From an uncultured marine group I thaumarchaeote (lineage in GTDB: Archaea; Thermoproteota; Nitrososphaeria; Nitrososphaerales; Nitrosopumilaceae), in NCBI GenBank assembly GCA_902552015.1, contig CACDFH010000003.1, forward strand, positions 3,269 through 67,268: DNA of 64,000 nt. Reading direction: 5' to 3'. Under the pieces are notes generated by a model that was not told the origin of the DNA, ran no database searches, and saw only the letters and a program-made list of their open reading frames with translations. Positions 36,729 through 48,012 of the stretch are shown here, piece after piece. Numbering within the stretch: position 1 is the stretch's first letter; each line of letters begins with the position of its first letter. Position numbers and translations under genes: made by a program.

Positions 36729-37735
36729 GATTTTGTAATCTCTTTTCTTATATCTATCAGGTCTCTGAGTATGGAACTAGCAGTTTCTGTTCCTCCTGCA
36801 CCTCTACCAATTATTGTTTGAGTACCTGAATGTTCTGATGTAAATGATATTGCGTTTAACGTTCCATTAACGCATAATGGGTCGTTAATCTTGATTTCTA
36901 CTGGTGATACTGTCAATTCTTTGTTACATGAAGCGATTAATTTTACAGCAGAACCATTCTTTTCTGCATTTTTGATATCATTTGTGTTAACTTTACGTAT
37001 GCCTTTTTTGATAATGTCTGGCATGGTAACTTTCATTCCCATTATCCAATTTGCCAAAATTACAAGTTTTGCAGCTGCATCTAATCCATCAAGATCAAGT
37101 GCCTCATCTGCTTCAACATATCCTTTTGACTTTGCATCCCTTAAAGCATCTTCAAATGACATTCCTTCTGCCATGTTTGTAAGTATGTAGTTGGTTGTAC
37201 CATTAAGAATTCCTTGAAATGATAATATTTTTTCTCCTCGCAAACTATTTTTTGCATAATCTAAAATTGGAGTTCCGCCTCCAACTGTACCACTAAATCG
37301 TAACATAACTTGATTGTAATTAGCTAATTCCATTAATGATGGAAATGCAAGTGCTAGCGGTCCTTTGTTTACTGATATTACATGCATCTTTTTTTTCATT
37401 GCAGAAATAATGTGACTCATTCCCGGTTCTGCATCTTTGTAGTTACTTGCAGTAGTTTCAATTAAAACATCTGCATCAAAATTCTCAATGATTTCTTTTC
37501 CAGGAATCTGTTTTATTGATTTATCATAATTTCTTACTGTACCTGATTGTTTTTTGATTTTATTTAGTTTCTTTAAATCTAAACCGGTCTCATCATATGC
37601 ACATCCTTTACTGTCAAAGACTCCTACAATTCGTGGTTTTAATCCAAATTTAGAATACAGATCATGTGTACGAGATTCTAATAGCTCCGAAAAGCTTTGT
37701 GCAACTACTCCAAATCCACATAGTATTATTCTCAT
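36725..37735 (-). CDS. hom: homoserine dehydrogenase
   Basis: GFGVV, NKGPLA, GILNGTTNYIL, GRGAGGTETASS. Confidence 0.93.
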   Translation of the reverse strand: MRIILCGFGVVAQSFSELLESRTHDLYSKFGLKPRIVGVFDSKGCAYDETGLDLKKLNKIKKQSGTVRNYDKSIKQIPGKEIIENFDADVLIETTASNYKDAEPGMSHIISAMKKKMHVISVNKGPLALAFPSLMELANYNQVMLRFSGTVGGGTPILDYAKNSLRGEKILSFQGILNGTTNYILTNMAEGMSFEDALRDAKSKGYVEADEALDLDGLDAAAKLVILANWIMGMKVTMPDIIKKGIRKVNTNDIKNAEKNGSAVKLIASCNKELTVSPVEIKINDPLCVNGTLNAISFTSEHSGTQTIIGRGAGGTETASSILRDLIDIRKEITKS

Positions 37736-37760
37736 AGTATCGTAAAATCAAGTCGATTAT

Positions 37761-38159
37761 TTAATTTGACTTGTCTAATTTGAGAGATAATGAGTTGATA
37801 CAGTATCTAAGTTTCGATGGAGCAGGACCATCATCAAATACATGTCCTAGATGTGATCCACATTTTTTACAATTAACTTCAACTCTAACCATTCCATAAC
37901 TTCTGTCTTCTACATATTCAATTCGTTCATCATCTTCTGGTTTGAAAAAACTTGGCCATCCAGTACCTGAATCAAATTTTGTATCTGATGAAAATAATTC
38001 AATTCCACATCCTCTACATTTGTAAACTCCATCATCTTTACAATCCCAATACATTCCAGTAAACGCACGTTCTGTACCTTTCATTCTACAAACCTCGTAC
38101 TCTTCGTCATTCAATTCTTTTTTCCATTCTTCTTCTGTTTTGAAAATTTTATCAGTCAT
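37761..38159 (-). CDS. msrB: methionine-R-sulfoxide reductase
   Basis: [31 protein letters not shown]. Confidence 0.96.
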   Translation of the reverse strand: MTDKIFKTEEEWKKELNDEEYEVCRMKGTERAFTGMYWDCKDDGVYKCRGCGIELFSSDTKFDSGTGWPSFFKPEDDERIEYVEDRSYGMVRVEVNCKKCGSHLGHVFDDGPAPSKLRYCINSLSLKLDKSN

Positions 38160-39766
38160 TGTCTGTTTCTTTTCTCCTCTGTTCTTTTTTCTGACTCAAA
38201 TCTTTCTAATTCATATTTATTCATATCTACAAATTTCATTATGTTGCTAAGTATTGGATGTTTTTTGTTAATTGCCTGATACATTTTTTGTGCAACAATT
38301 CTATAATCTCGATGTCCTTGTGGAACTGTTCTTAATTCAATCATGTGTACTGCTTCTCTCATATTCATTTTCATCATGTATGGATAATTATATCCAAAAT
38401 TAACTACGTACTGTGCTTCTTCAGGAAATTTCTTTTGAATTTTTTTGAAAACAGTATCTGTATTATCCATACATTCTTTGAATTCTTTTTGCATTCCAAG
38501 ATCCTTTACCTCTTGAGGCATATCATATCCATGGTGTGTTGTTAGTAGTTGTCTTTCCAATGTTAATGCTCTATGTCTGTGAAAATCTCGGAACATTCCA
38601 AAATTCGTGACTAAATCAAAGGTATATTCTGCCATTTCAAATGCACGTGATGGTCTATGTCTTCTATTTTTTCGTAAATTTGCCATTTCTAAAATAATCT
38701 TCTTTTTTCTACTAGTTGGAATCTTTTTAACTTGCTGTAAAATTTTTTCAAATGAAATTCCTGGAGATTGTTCATAAATTATTGCAGATATCACACTATT
38801 GATTACCTTATTTTCATTTTCATATTCGACAAGCTTTGCTACTTTTCCTTTGATTGGCGTGCCTGAAATCGAGGTTTTTGCCACATTTTGTGCTGATTTT
38901 TTCACACTGTTCAGATATTTCTGTAAAACTTTTCCATATTTGTCATCGGATCTTCTAACAAATGATTTGATTGTAGTATCTAATTCTTTTTTAATTTGTG
39001 ATGCTAAATTATTTTCTTCTTTTAATTTTGATGCAAATAATATTGATAATAAATATTCGAATGCTCTACCGTTTCCAGTAACTCCTACATTTGTTAACGT
39101 TGATGCTGGAAGTAAACTTCGTAACGCATCAAGCGCTTTTGCTTTTGTTGCAGCATTGTATATTCTCATTGATGATTTTAGAACTGAATCATCATTTATG
39201 GCACTAAACTTTTTTTCTTTACCATCCTTGTCTTTGAATTTGTAATTGTTGATAGAATCTCTTTCTCTAATTAATTTTAACATAGGTTCTATGTTTTTTG
39301 AATACACTTCAAAATCTAAATTACATGCATCTATGTATTCGTCAGCAAATCTAGTTTTCATTATTGTTGGTTCGTATAGAAATTTGTATTTTCCTTTGAC
39401 TTTTTTATCCCATGATACATAACGTGATGATTTTTCTAAATATGAAAATCCAATTCTTCTATCCTCAATTTTTTTAACAGCTATGTTTGTAAGTCCTTCA
39501 ATTGCAATTTGTGCAATTCCTAGTTCTGCAACTGAATCGTCACCATATTCTAGTAAGACTCTATCGTAAAATTCTTCTCCACGGTTTTTATTTTTTAAAA
39601 ATTCATCTAAGAAAATTTTTCTCATGCTTTTGTCTGTTCTACTATAACGTGACATCAGTGCTCCACGATCAACTTGTCGTGGTGTAATTACTGCAAAGAC
39701 ATTCTTATCAGAGTTTGAAAAATGTTTTTCTAAAATTTTTCTTTCATTCTTAGAAAATTCGGACAA
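38156..39766 (-). CDS. thyX: FAD-dependent thymidylate synthase (long two-domain form)
   Basis: [36 protein letters not shown]. Confidence 0.85.
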   Translation of the reverse strand: MSEFSKNERKILEKHFSNSDKNVFAVITPRQVDRGALMSRYSRTDKSMRKIFLDEFLKNKNRGEEFYDRVLLEYGDDSVAELGIAQIAIEGLTNIAVKKIEDRRIGFSYLEKSSRYVSWDKKVKGKYKFLYEPTIMKTRFADEYIDACNLDFEVYSKNIEPMLKLIRERDSINNYKFKDKDGKEKKFSAINDDSVLKSSMRIYNAATKAKALDALRSLLPASTLTNVGVTGNGRAFEYLLSILFASKLKEENNLASQIKKELDTTIKSFVRRSDDKYGKVLQKYLNSVKKSAQNVAKTSISGTPIKGKVAKLVEYENENKVINSVISAIIYEQSPGISFEKILQQVKKIPTSRKKKIILEMANLRKNRRHRPSRAFEMAEYTFDLVTNFGMFRDFHRHRALTLERQLLTTHHGYDMPQEVKDLGMQKEFKECMDNTDTVFKKIQKKFPEEAQYVVNFGYNYPYMMKMNMREAVHMIELRTVPQGHRDYRIVAQKMYQAINKKHPILSNIMKFVDMNKYELERFESEKRTEEKRNRQ

Positions 39767-39796
39767 TAATATTATTTTTCATGATTGGTTTTATCT

Positions 39797-40108
39797 TTAT
39801 CTTCTACTAATCTGAATTAGATCGGGTGATTTTGTTGGAAGATCAGTTGCTTTCTGTTGACCTTTAGCTTGCCAACGTGCTAAAACTTCTCTGAATGCTT
39901 TTTCCATTTCTTCATCTTCAAGATACATCAAAGTTGTAACCCATCTTCCTTTGGCCCCTTTTTCAGTTCCGACAGGTCCTCCAAGAGATTTCATCCAAAA
40001 CTTTGATGGCAAAATCTTTAGAGCTTCATTGTCTGGGTCATCTTTCAATTTTTCCCAGTATTCTGATACAAATTTCATTATCTGTCCCAGCTCTTCTTTG
40101 TCAATCAT
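39797..40108 (-). CDS. hypothetical protein
   Basis: ATG ORF co-oriented with thyX. Confidence 0.65.
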   Translation of the reverse strand: MIDKEELGQIMKFVSEYWEKLKDDPDNEALKILPSKFWMKSLGGPVGTEKGAKGRWVTTLMYLEDEEMEKAFREVLARWQAKGQQKATDLPTKSPDLIQISRR

Positions 40109-40241
40109 ATCATTTTTTTGTCAAATTACAATAATAAAATTACGATTAGTCGTGAATTTTTAATTTAGTTAATTTCTTTGTACTAAAATTGTCAACCTTG
40201 TTAACACTTGGTTGGTTATACGGATCTGTCAACTTCCATTC

Positions 40242-41048
40242 ATGAGCAACTGTGAAGTTGAGATTATTGGAAAACCCGTAAAAGACATGTACGGTGCACC
40301 AATGGGCAAAATTTTAGGTACCTCAACTGATGTTGACGGTTCTATTCAAACAGTCGGCATCAATTGCGGCTCTGAAGGCTTAAAACAAATTGCTTTTGAT
40401 CAACTTGTAGTTCAATCTGAAGTAGTAATTTTCATTCCAAAGTGGAGATTGGATTCACAACGTTTACTAAAACAAAAAGAACTTGTAATCCGACGTCTAA
40501 ACGCATTGATGGAAATTGTCTCTGACAACGACAGCATGAAGTCTGATGCAGAAATAATTCACGAAAAGTACAACACTAAATTAATGACACTCCAACGTAC
40601 TGAATTCGAAATTAGTTCTGAATTAGATAATAGAGTCGTCGAAATTGAAGAACAGGAAAAATCTGTCAAAGTTCTTTTGTTTGATGCAAAAGTTCAACTC
40701 AAAAGTAACGAAATTTCTCAGGAGACCTTCGATCATGTTCAAAGCGAAACAGACGAAATGCTTCAGCACATGAAACATGAGAAAGATGAGATTTCTAAAG
40801 TTAAATCCAGACTAGCAAATCTCTCTCTCGAAGATATGATTCCAGAGGTATCACCATCAGCGATGCCAGGAACTTATCTACCACAACCTTCTGAAGATGA
40901 GCCAACTGAGACTCGTTTGCCAGAACCTCCTAGCGCCGAGTCCTCATCTCAAAAGTCCTCTGAGACTCAAGTGATGACAATTCCTCCACAAGAACAAGTT
41001 TCAGCAGAACCTGAATCTGACTGGATTAAAAGAATGAATTCACAATAA
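40242..41048 (+). CDS. cdvA: cell division protein CdvA-like
   Basis: PRC-barrel N-terminus (IGKPVKDMYG), FIPKWR, coiled coil, Pro/Glu linker, C-terminal WIKRM tail; ATG 40242 lies downstream of a TATA. Confidence 0.85.
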   Translation: MSNCEVEIIGKPVKDMYGAPMGKILGTSTDVDGSIQTVGINCGSEGLKQIAFDQLVVQSEVVIFIPKWRLDSQRLLKQKELVIRRLNALMEIVSDNDSMKSDAEIIHEKYNTKLMTLQRTEFEISSELDNRVVEIEEQEKSVKVLLFDAKVQLKSNEISQETFDHVQSETDEMLQHMKHEKDEISKVKSRLANLSLEDMIPEVSPSAMPGTYLPQPSEDEPTETRLPEPPSAESSSQKSSETQVMTIPPQEQVSAEPESDWIKRMNSQ

Positions 41049-41091
41049 TCATTCAAAATTCTTAAAACATTCATTATTCAAATATCTATAA

Positions 41092-43017
41092 TTGCATTCT
41101 GAAGAATTTAACATTGGTTTGGGGAATAATGATTCCTCGATAAGAGATGCTTCAAAAAAAGATTATATCTCTTTTTGGGATAACTGTGCAAAATCATTGT
41201 CTTGGTTTAAACCTTGGACTGAAACCTTACAGTGGAATCCGCCTTTTGCAAGATGGTTTGTAGGCGGACAAATTAACGCATCTTACAACACTTTGGATAT
41301 CCATCAAGATACAAAATCTGAAAAACCTGCAATTCTATGGGAAGGTGAAGATGGAACTGATAGGAAAATTACATACAAGCAAATGTTTACAGAAGTCAAA
41401 AAACTTGCAAATGTTCTAAAATCTTTAGGCGTGGAAAAGGGAGACCGAGTCACAATTTATCTTCCAATGATACCTGAATTGCCTATTTCCATGTTAGCCT
41501 GTGCTCGAATTGGAGCAATTCATACTGTAGTATTTTCTGGATTCAGTTCAAAATCACTTTCTGACCGAGTTGAAGATTCTCAATCAAAAATAATTATCAC
41601 TGCTGATGGCGGGTACAGAAAAGGCAAGATAATCAATCTCAAAGAAATTGTAGATGATTCTGCATCTTCTGTACAATTTGTGAAAAATGTCATTGTCTAC
41701 CAGAGAACAGGTCAAAACATCCAATTGAATGAAAAAGATTTGCTTTGGCATGAGGTGATGCAAAATTCATCTGAAGAATGTGATGCTGAGATATTAGATA
41801 GTTCTGACTCATTATACATTTTGTACACTTCTGGTACTACTGGAAAACCTAAAGGAGTGTTACATGGGATTGGCGGTTATCTAACTCATCTTTATTCTAC
41901 ATACAAATGGGCATTTGACATAAAAGATTCTGATGTCTATTTTTGTACTGCAGATATAGGTTGGGTTACGGGTCATAGCTATGTTGTCTATGGTCCTTTA
42001 CTGCATGGTGCAACTCAAGTAATGTATGAAGGTGCACCTGATCATCCTGATTCATCTAGAATGTGGGATATAATTCAGAAATATGGTGTTACAATTTTCT
42101 ATACTACTCCAACTGCACTACGAATGTTAATGAAATTTGGTGACGATATTCCAAATTCATTTAATCTTTCAACTTTACGTTTACTTGGAACTGTTGGCGA
42201 ACCAATTAATCCTGAAGTTTGGAAATGGTATTTCAATACAATTGGAAAAAAGAAATGTCCGATAATTGACACGTGGTGGCAAACTGAAACTGGTGGAATG
42301 CTAATCAGTCCTTTACCTGGCATTGAAACAATTCCTTTGAAACCTGGTTCTGCAACATTGCCTGTACCTGGATTAGATATTGAAGTCGTTGATGAAACTG
42401 GCAATGAAGTGGAACCTGAAACAAAAGGTTCACTGATAATTAAAACTCCTTGGCCAGGAATGTTACTTGGATTGTGGAAAGATAATGAAAAATACAAAGA
42501 CGTCTATTGGTCAAAGTTTGAATCACTTTACTATCCTGGTGATTATGCCATAAAAGATTCTGATGGTTATTTGTGGTTGCTTGGTCGTTCTGATGACGTT
42601 CTAAAAGTTGCAGGTCATAGAATTGGAACTGCAGAGCTAGAAAGTAGCATTGTTTCTCATAATGATGTTGCAGAATCTGCAGTTTGTGGAATTCCTGATG
42701 AGGTAAAAGGTGAATCCATAATTGCTTTTGTCATGCTAAAAGAAAATATCAATACTTCTGAGGAACAACTTCGTTCTGAATTACGTGAAACTATTCGAAC
42801 ACAGATTGGTCCTATTGCAACTCCTAGCCAATTTTACTTTGTAAATAAACTTCCAAAAACTAGAAGTGGGAAAATTATGCGCAGATTGTTAAAAGCAATT
42901 GCAAAAAATGAAAAAATTGGTGATGTTAGTACGCTAGAAGATGGTGCTGCCGTAAATGAAATTCAATCTGCATTCCAAGAACTACAAAAAAATATTGAAA
43001 ATCAGAAAAATAACTAG
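41092..43017 (+). CDS. acs: acetyl-CoA synthetase (AMP-forming)
   Basis: [41 protein letters not shown]. Confidence 0.93.
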   Translation: MHSEEFNIGLGNNDSSIRDASKKDYISFWDNCAKSLSWFKPWTETLQWNPPFARWFVGGQINASYNTLDIHQDTKSEKPAILWEGEDGTDRKITYKQMFTEVKKLANVLKSLGVEKGDRVTIYLPMIPELPISMLACARIGAIHTVVFSGFSSKSLSDRVEDSQSKIIITADGGYRKGKIINLKEIVDDSASSVQFVKNVIVYQRTGQNIQLNEKDLLWHEVMQNSSEECDAEILDSSDSLYILYTSGTTGKPKGVLHGIGGYLTHLYSTYKWAFDIKDSDVYFCTADIGWVTGHSYVVYGPLLHGATQVMYEGAPDHPDSSRMWDIIQKYGVTIFYTTPTALRMLMKFGDDIPNSFNLSTLRLLGTVGEPINPEVWKWYFNTIGKKKCPIIDTWWQTETGGMLISPLPGIETIPLKPGSATLPVPGLDIEVVDETGNEVEPETKGSLIIKTPWPGMLLGLWKDNEKYKDVYWSKFESLYYPGDYAIKDSDGYLWLLGRSDDVLKVAGHRIGTAELESSIVSHNDVAESAVCGIPDEVKGESIIAFVMLKENINTSEEQLRSELRETIRTQIGPIATPSQFYFVNKLPKTRSGKIMRRLLKAIAKNEKIGDVSTLEDGAAVNEIQSAFQELQKNIENQKNN

Positions 43018-43190
43018 TAATCATCTAGAGTTGCTTCTTCGTCATCGTCATCATCTAATGCCACATTAGTCTGAAATGCTGCCCAAACTGTTGCTACTGC
43101 TTCAGATGTAACTTCTATTCCTTGTTCTTTACAAAACTTGATGAAATTTCTGCATTCACCATAAACATCTACGTCTTCTTCAAAACTCAT
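43014..43190 (-). CDS. putative 58-aa acidic protein [20 protein letters not shown]...[14 protein letters not shown]
   Basis: Hand-translated ATG..TAG ORF that fills the gap exactly. Confidence 0.65.
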   Translation of the reverse strand: MSFEEDVDVYGECRNFIKFCKEQGIEVTSEAVATVWAAFQTNVALDDDDDEEATLDDY

Positions 43191-43214
43191 AATCTTTCAC
43201 GATTTTTAGGTTAG

Positions 43215-43454
43215 TTAATCTTTTTCTTCTTCTGGTTTGTCAGTCTCTTGATCTATTGATTCTGCATCTCTACTCATCTCTGGAATTATTTCTCGAAGAT
43301 TTTCTATTGCACTTTTGATTTTTAAAACTGCAACTGACGCATCAACTTTTTCTTGATCATAATTATGACAAAATTTATCGATTCTCTCTAAAATTCCCTC
43401 TAATCGTTTGATATTCAACATCAAATTATGCTTGATATCGTCATTTTCTGTCAT
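43215..43454 (-). CDS. hypothetical helical protein
   Basis: ATG ORF from track. Confidence 0.6.
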   Translation of the reverse strand: MTENDDIKHNLMLNIKRLEGILERIDKFCHNYDQEKVDASVAVLKIKSAIENLREIIPEMSRDAESIDQETDKPEEEKD

Positions 43455-43491
43455 ATCTGTATTGAATTGTTAGTTGATTTATACTTTAGAC

Positions 43492-43564
43492 ATTGGCCGT
43501 TCAGCAAGTCCATCAACACGAGATGGAATTGTTTGGTATTCGATATATTCCCAAACTGACCAAT
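43492..43564 (-). ncRNA. candidate three-way-junction structured RNA
   Basis: Closing stem ATTGGTC/GGCCAAT, hairpins GTTTGG/CCAAAC and TCCATC/GATGGA. Confidence 0.4.
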
Positions 43565-43589
43565 TGTTAAATTTGGTATAATGTCTTAA

Positions 43590-44612
43590 TTAAAAGAACT
43601 GATCTAAGGTTTGACTTTTCTTCTCAAGACTTTTCTTCAATCTATTCATAGAAGTCTCTACTCTGTCTTTTGAGAAATCACGTTCCTCAGATAGATATTT
43701 CACAATTCCCTCGTAGTCTGTTTCTCCAAATTCAATTTTATCTATCTTGGCAACTTCTGGTTCAAGAAAAATTTTTCTTATTTGATCAAATGGTATATGT
43801 TCTAATTGTTCTTGAATTTGTGGAATGTCTTCTAATCTCTTATACTGTTTAATCATTTTGATGGCAGTCTTTGGTCCGACTCTTTCAAATCCGTCTGGAT
43901 TAAAGTCTGTTCCAATTAATATTCCTGTATCTACCAGCTCTTCTCTTGTTAATCCCATGCTGTCAAGATTTTTTTGAAATTCAATCATCTCTGGCAAAAC
44001 TTCAATGTAGGAATTTCTATTTGGAAGCTTTCTTCTTCCACTGTTTGTAAAATTTCTCACTAGTCTTTTTGCACCAAATAAAATCGAATCAAAATCTTGA
44101 CTTGCTGATGCGTATGCTTGACCGGTAATTGTAAGGCTTGCAGCTGTTGCTTCTCCTTCTGATGGTGCTTGAATATGTGGTATGCCAAATAAATCTAATA
44201 ATTTCTTTGAATCTTCTACCATCCCATCTCTCATTGATGTGGTTTGTTGTGCATATTTCCTTGCTTCTTCCATATCTCCTGAAGAAACTGCTTTTTCGTA
44301 TTTCACAGTAGCCTCTTTTTTGATTTGTTTTCGTTTTTCTATCTCTGCAGATTTTAATGAAGGTGGCTTACCATCAAATACGTAAACTGGTTTAATTCCC
44401 ATTGTAAGAAAATTTATGTTTCTAAATAACAATCCTGTAATATGACTTGTAACTCTTCCTTGCGAGTCTGTTAAATGAAGTCCTTCAGGTCCTCGGATAA
44501 TTGCTAAAAATTGATAAATTGCATTGTAAGCATCAATTGCAACAACTTTGTTTGTAAATGCTTCAAGTTGTGTTTTCTCTCTGACTAGTAATGGTTTTAG
44601 ATCTAATCCCAT
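43590..44612 (-). CDS. fen: flap endonuclease 1
   Basis: [25 protein letters not shown]-terminal PIP box QTLDQFF. Confidence 0.96.
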   Translation of the reverse strand: MGLDLKPLLVREKTQLEAFTNKVVAIDAYNAIYQFLAIIRGPEGLHLTDSQGRVTSHITGLLFRNINFLTMGIKPVYVFDGKPPSLKSAEIEKRKQIKKEATVKYEKAVSSGDMEEARKYAQQTTSMRDGMVEDSKKLLDLFGIPHIQAPSEGEATAASLTITGQAYASASQDFDSILFGAKRLVRNFTNSGRRKLPNRNSYIEVLPEMIEFQKNLDSMGLTREELVDTGILIGTDFNPDGFERVGPKTAIKMIKQYKRLEDIPQIQEQLEHIPFDQIRKIFLEPEVAKIDKIEFGETDYEGIVKYLSEERDFSKDRVETSMNRLKKSLEKKSQTLDQFF

Positions 44613-44683
44613 AGTAACTTTCAGTATTTGGTGCTTTTTTTGTTTACTGATTCGATTTTATACTAGAAATTCTTACTTTGCAT

Positions 44684-44783
44684 GTCGGGATAGCCAAGCT
44701 TGGTCCAAGGCGGACGCCTCGAAATCTCAAAACAGGATAGCGTCTGTGCTCTGCACACGGGGGTTCAAATCCCTCTCCCGGCG
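44684..44783 (+). tRNA. tRNA-Ser(CGA) with 15-nt intron at 37/38 (44724-44738)
   Basis: Acceptor GTCGGGA/TCCCGGC, G73, anticodon stem GACGC/GCGTC, anticodon CGA 44720-44722, long variable arm GTGC/GCAC, GGTTCAAATCC T-arm. Confidence 0.93.
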
Positions 44784-44829
44784 CCTAATTTTTATAAAAA
44801 TTGATATCATCCTTTTCCTCTGAAATATT

Positions 44830-45111
44830 GTGAGTGTAAAACAAGATGCTCTAGATGAATTAGTGACAGAACAGGAATTATTGTTAATGGACATGCTAAA
44901 AAATTGGAATGACATTAAAACTCGCCTTTCAAACATTGAACCGAATAACCCTATGAACGAAATGTTTGACAAAATGATTCAAGATTTAACAAAAATACAA
45001 AATCATACAAAAAATTACCGTACATTATTGGAAAAAATGACGCAAATCTATGATGAATTTGAAAAAGAATCTAAAGAATGGCATGAAAAATACGATAAAT
45101 ATGCCGATTGA
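44830..45111 (+). CDS. hypothetical coiled-coil protein
   Basis: GTG-start helical ORF. Confidence 0.65.
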   Translation: MSVKQDALDELVTEQELLLMDMLKNWNDIKTRLSNIEPNNPMNEMFDKMIQDLTKIQNHTKNYRTLLEKMTQIYDEFEKESKEWHEKYDKYAD

Positions 45112-45186
45112 TGAAATTATTGATTATTTTTAAGATGATTCTTTTCTAACGTCTCGTTTTTTAATACCTTTGAAGTTAATTGTTTT

Positions 45187-45618
45187 ATGGCCACATCAAT
45201 TAACAAAATTCTAGTTCCACTTGATAACTCTAAAAATTCCTTTAGAGGTTTATCATCTGCAATTTATCTTGCAAAAAATTGTGATGCCAAAGTTATTGCA
45301 TTACATGCAGTTTACGCACCTCCAAAAGGTGACTTTGACACTTCTGGAAAATTCAACAAAAATCACAAAAAACAACTAGATTCTATGATGAATATTGCAG
45401 AAAATCAATGCAAAAAGGCAGGAGTTGATTTTGATCAAAAAATTGTCTATGGAAATCCTGGTTACGAAATAGCTAAATTTGCAAATATGTCTCGAAACAA
45501 AATTGATATGGTTGTAATTGGATCAAGGGGACGAAGTTCTGCAAAAGAATTGTTCTTTGGAAGTACATCTCAATTTGTTTTACACAAGGCAAAACCTTCT
45601 GTATTAATCATAAAATAA
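45187..45618 (+). CDS. universal stress protein (UspA)
   Basis: KILVPLDNS, GNPG.EI, VIGSRG...FFGSTS..VLH. Confidence 0.92.
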   Translation: MATSINKILVPLDNSKNSFRGLSSAIYLAKNCDAKVIALHAVYAPPKGDFDTSGKFNKNHKKQLDSMMNIAENQCKKAGVDFDQKIVYGNPGYEIAKFANMSRNKIDMVVIGSRGRSSAKELFFGSTSQFVLHKAKPSVLIIK

Positions 45619-45737
45619 TCCACTAGTAAAAAAAGAGAGGAAAAAAAGGTCCTTCTCAATTTTGCCAAAAAACGGCATTTTCACTAATGGAACTATACTA
45701 CGGTAAAATGATTATTAAATATTATCCAAAAATCATC

Positions 45738-47132
45738 CTATTGTTTTTCTGATTTGATTGGTTCTTTTTTCATCCATAATGTTTTATTTTTATGATCAAT
45801 CAATGATATTCCCATTCCTGCTATTTGGTCTCTAATTTTATCTGCCTCTTCAAACTGTTTTTCTTCTCTTAATGCCTCTCTTTTGTTAATTAATTTGAAG
45901 ACTGATTCAATTTCCTCGTCTGAAACTGTTTGAATTTTAATTCCTAGTACGTCTAACATGTATTCTAATACCGGCAATGCTTGCTCTGCAATTTTTTTAG
46001 TAATCTTTTCTTCTGCTGCAAGACTGTTTATTGTTTTTATCATGTTGAAAAACACAGATAATCCCAAAGATGTATTGAAATCATCATTTAATGCTGTATC
46101 AAATTTCTCTCTTGTTTCTCTAAGTAATGATGAAATATCTTCTGTTTCTTGTGTTTGTTCAGCTAATCTTAATTCATAATAGCACGTTTCTATTTGTCTT
46201 AATCTAATCAAATTTTCTTTCAAAAGATCTTCTGTGTAATCAATCGGTTTTGAATAGTGTCCTGAAATACAAAATAATCTTGCAACGTTTGGTCCCCATG
46301 AATCCAATACATGATTAATTGATTTGACATTTCCAACTGATTTTGACATTTTCTCACCGTTTATGGTAATCATTCCTGAATGCATCCAAATCTTTGCAAG
46401 CTGTTCTGAAGTAAATGATTCTGATTGTGCAATTTCATTTTCGTGATGTGGAAAAATCAAATCTCTTCCGCCACCATGTATTTCAAAATTTTTTCCAAGA
46501 TACTTGGTACTCATTGCAGAACATTCTATATGCCAGCCCGGTCTGCCCTTGCCCCATGGGCTTTCCCAATTTGGTTGTCCTTCAGAAAATTTCCATAATG
46601 CAAAATCTAACGGACTTTCTTTTGCTTCGTCTACTCCTATTCTTGCACCGCTTTCAAGATCTTCTGTTTTCTTTTTCGATAGTTTTCCATATTCTGAAAA
46701 TTTTGAAACTCTAAAGTACACTCCATTTTTGGAAACATAGGCAGATTCTTTGTCTACTAAATCCTGAATTAGATTTATCATATCGTCAATGTGTTCGGTT
46801 GCTTTTGGATAATTTGTTGCTCTTTTGATGTTTAATCTATCGGAATCTTCAAAGTATGTTTGAATGTACTTGCTTGATATTCCACTTGCAGATTCGCCTT
46901 GTTCTTTTGCACGATTAATTATTTTATCGTCTACATCGGTAAAATTTTGAATAAGCTCTACTTTGATGCCATTTGCTTCAAGAAATCTTCTTAATGTATC
47001 AAATACAATTATTGTTCTAGCATGTCCTATGTGTGATTGATCATAAACTGTTACTCCGCAAAGATAAATTCGTACTTTATCTGAAAACTCTAATTCTTTT
47101 TTTTCGTTTGTAAGTGTGTCAGAAATCTTCAT
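45738..47132 (-). CDS. cysS: cysteinyl-tRNA synthetase
   Basis: CGVTVYD.SHIGH, PGWHIECS, FPHHENE, KMSKS. Confidence 0.96.
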   Translation of the reverse strand: MKISDTLTNEKKELEFSDKVRIYLCGVTVYDQSHIGHARTIIVFDTLRRFLEANGIKVELIQNFTDVDDKIINRAKEQGESASGISSKYIQTYFEDSDRLNIKRATNYPKATEHIDDMINLIQDLVDKESAYVSKNGVYFRVSKFSEYGKLSKKKTEDLESGARIGVDEAKESPLDFALWKFSEGQPNWESPWGKGRPGWHIECSAMSTKYLGKNFEIHGGGRDLIFPHHENEIAQSESFTSEQLAKIWMHSGMITINGEKMSKSVGNVKSINHVLDSWGPNVARLFCISGHYSKPIDYTEDLLKENLIRLRQIETCYYELRLAEQTQETEDISSLLRETREKFDTALNDDFNTSLGLSVFFNMIKTINSLAAEEKITKKIAEQALPVLEYMLDVLGIKIQTVSDEEIESVFKLINKREALREEKQFEEADKIRDQIAGMGISLIDHKNKTLWMKKEPIKSEKQ

Positions 47133-47189
47133 TTGTTAATTACAGATATGGCGTATCATTTATCTTATTTGTATAAAAATAATCTCTAT

Positions 47190-47972
47190 TCAAAGTGCAT
47201 TTGGATTGATTCGTTTATGTTCACTTTTCTCATACATAGAATGGATCTTTTCAACTAGTGCTGTATCTATCTGAGATTCATTTGCTGTATCTTCCACTGA
47301 CAATTTTTTATCTATCAAACAATGCAATATGACATCAATTTGCTCGTATTCCAAGCCAATTTCATGTTCTGCCTCGTGATTAGGCCATAAATGAGGACTA
47401 CTTTTCTTTGTAATTATATTCTCATCAATTCCTAGATGTCTGGCTAGTTCTCTTACCTGTGTTTTGTATAATGAAACAATTGGTAGTACATCTGCTGCAC
47501 CGTCTCCAAATTTTGTAAAATATCCGATGTTAAACTCACTTTTATCACTTGAACCTAGTGTAACTAAATTTTTTAAATTTGCATAATAGTATAATATGTT
47601 CATTCTAATTCTTGCTCGTAAGTTGCCTAACGCTCGGTCTTCTGGTTCTAATACCATGTTAAACTCCTTGTGTATTGAATTAATGTCAAGTAATTTGTAA
47701 TCTAATCCCAAAGCATCTACTATTTTTATTGCATCGCTTGTTTCTGATTCTGGAGAAATTTTTGAATCCGGCATTATTACTGCAAGAGTTTTTTCTTTTA
47801 CCGCATTATTGCACAAATATGCAATTACTGCTGAATCAATTCCGCCACTAAGACCGAAAATTATTCCGTTTGAATTAGTTTCTGCAATTTTTTGCTTTAA
47901 TCCTTCTTGTATTCTTGTCGAAATACTACTATAATCTTGATTTGTTATTTTCTTTAAAATCTCTTGGTTCAC
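47190..47972 (-). CDS. nadE: NH3-dependent NAD+ synthetase
   Basis: GLSGGIDS, NLRARIRM, GYFTKFGDG. Confidence 0.94.
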   Translation of the reverse strand: MNQEILKKITNQDYSSISTRIQEGLKQKIAETNSNGIIFGLSGGIDSAVIAYLCNNAVKEKTLAVIMPDSKISPESETSDAIKIVDALGLDYKLLDINSIHKEFNMVLEPEDRALGNLRARIRMNILYYYANLKNLVTLGSSDKSEFNIGYFTKFGDGAADVLPIVSLYKTQVRELARHLGIDENIITKKSSPHLWPNHEAEHEIGLEYEQIDVILHCLIDKKLSVEDTANESQIDTALVEKIHSMYEKSEHKRINPNAL

Positions 47973-48012
47973 AGGTTTTTCTTAAACTAATCTCATAAAA
48001 AGTCTACCAGAA

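Noticed and set aside
43478-43589. In-frame stop-readthrough extension of FEN1 (~36 codons)
   Set aside because: FEN1 ends in its canonical PIP box at TAA; the open frame lacks a start and is better explained by chance or RNA structure
44548-44972. ORFs 44548-44823+ and 44727-44972-
   Set aside because: They overlap the tRNA-Ser gene and are spurious
44784-45740. Integrative element at the tRNA-Ser 3' end
   Set aside because: No integrase and no duplicated tRNA 3' end (att) seen in the window
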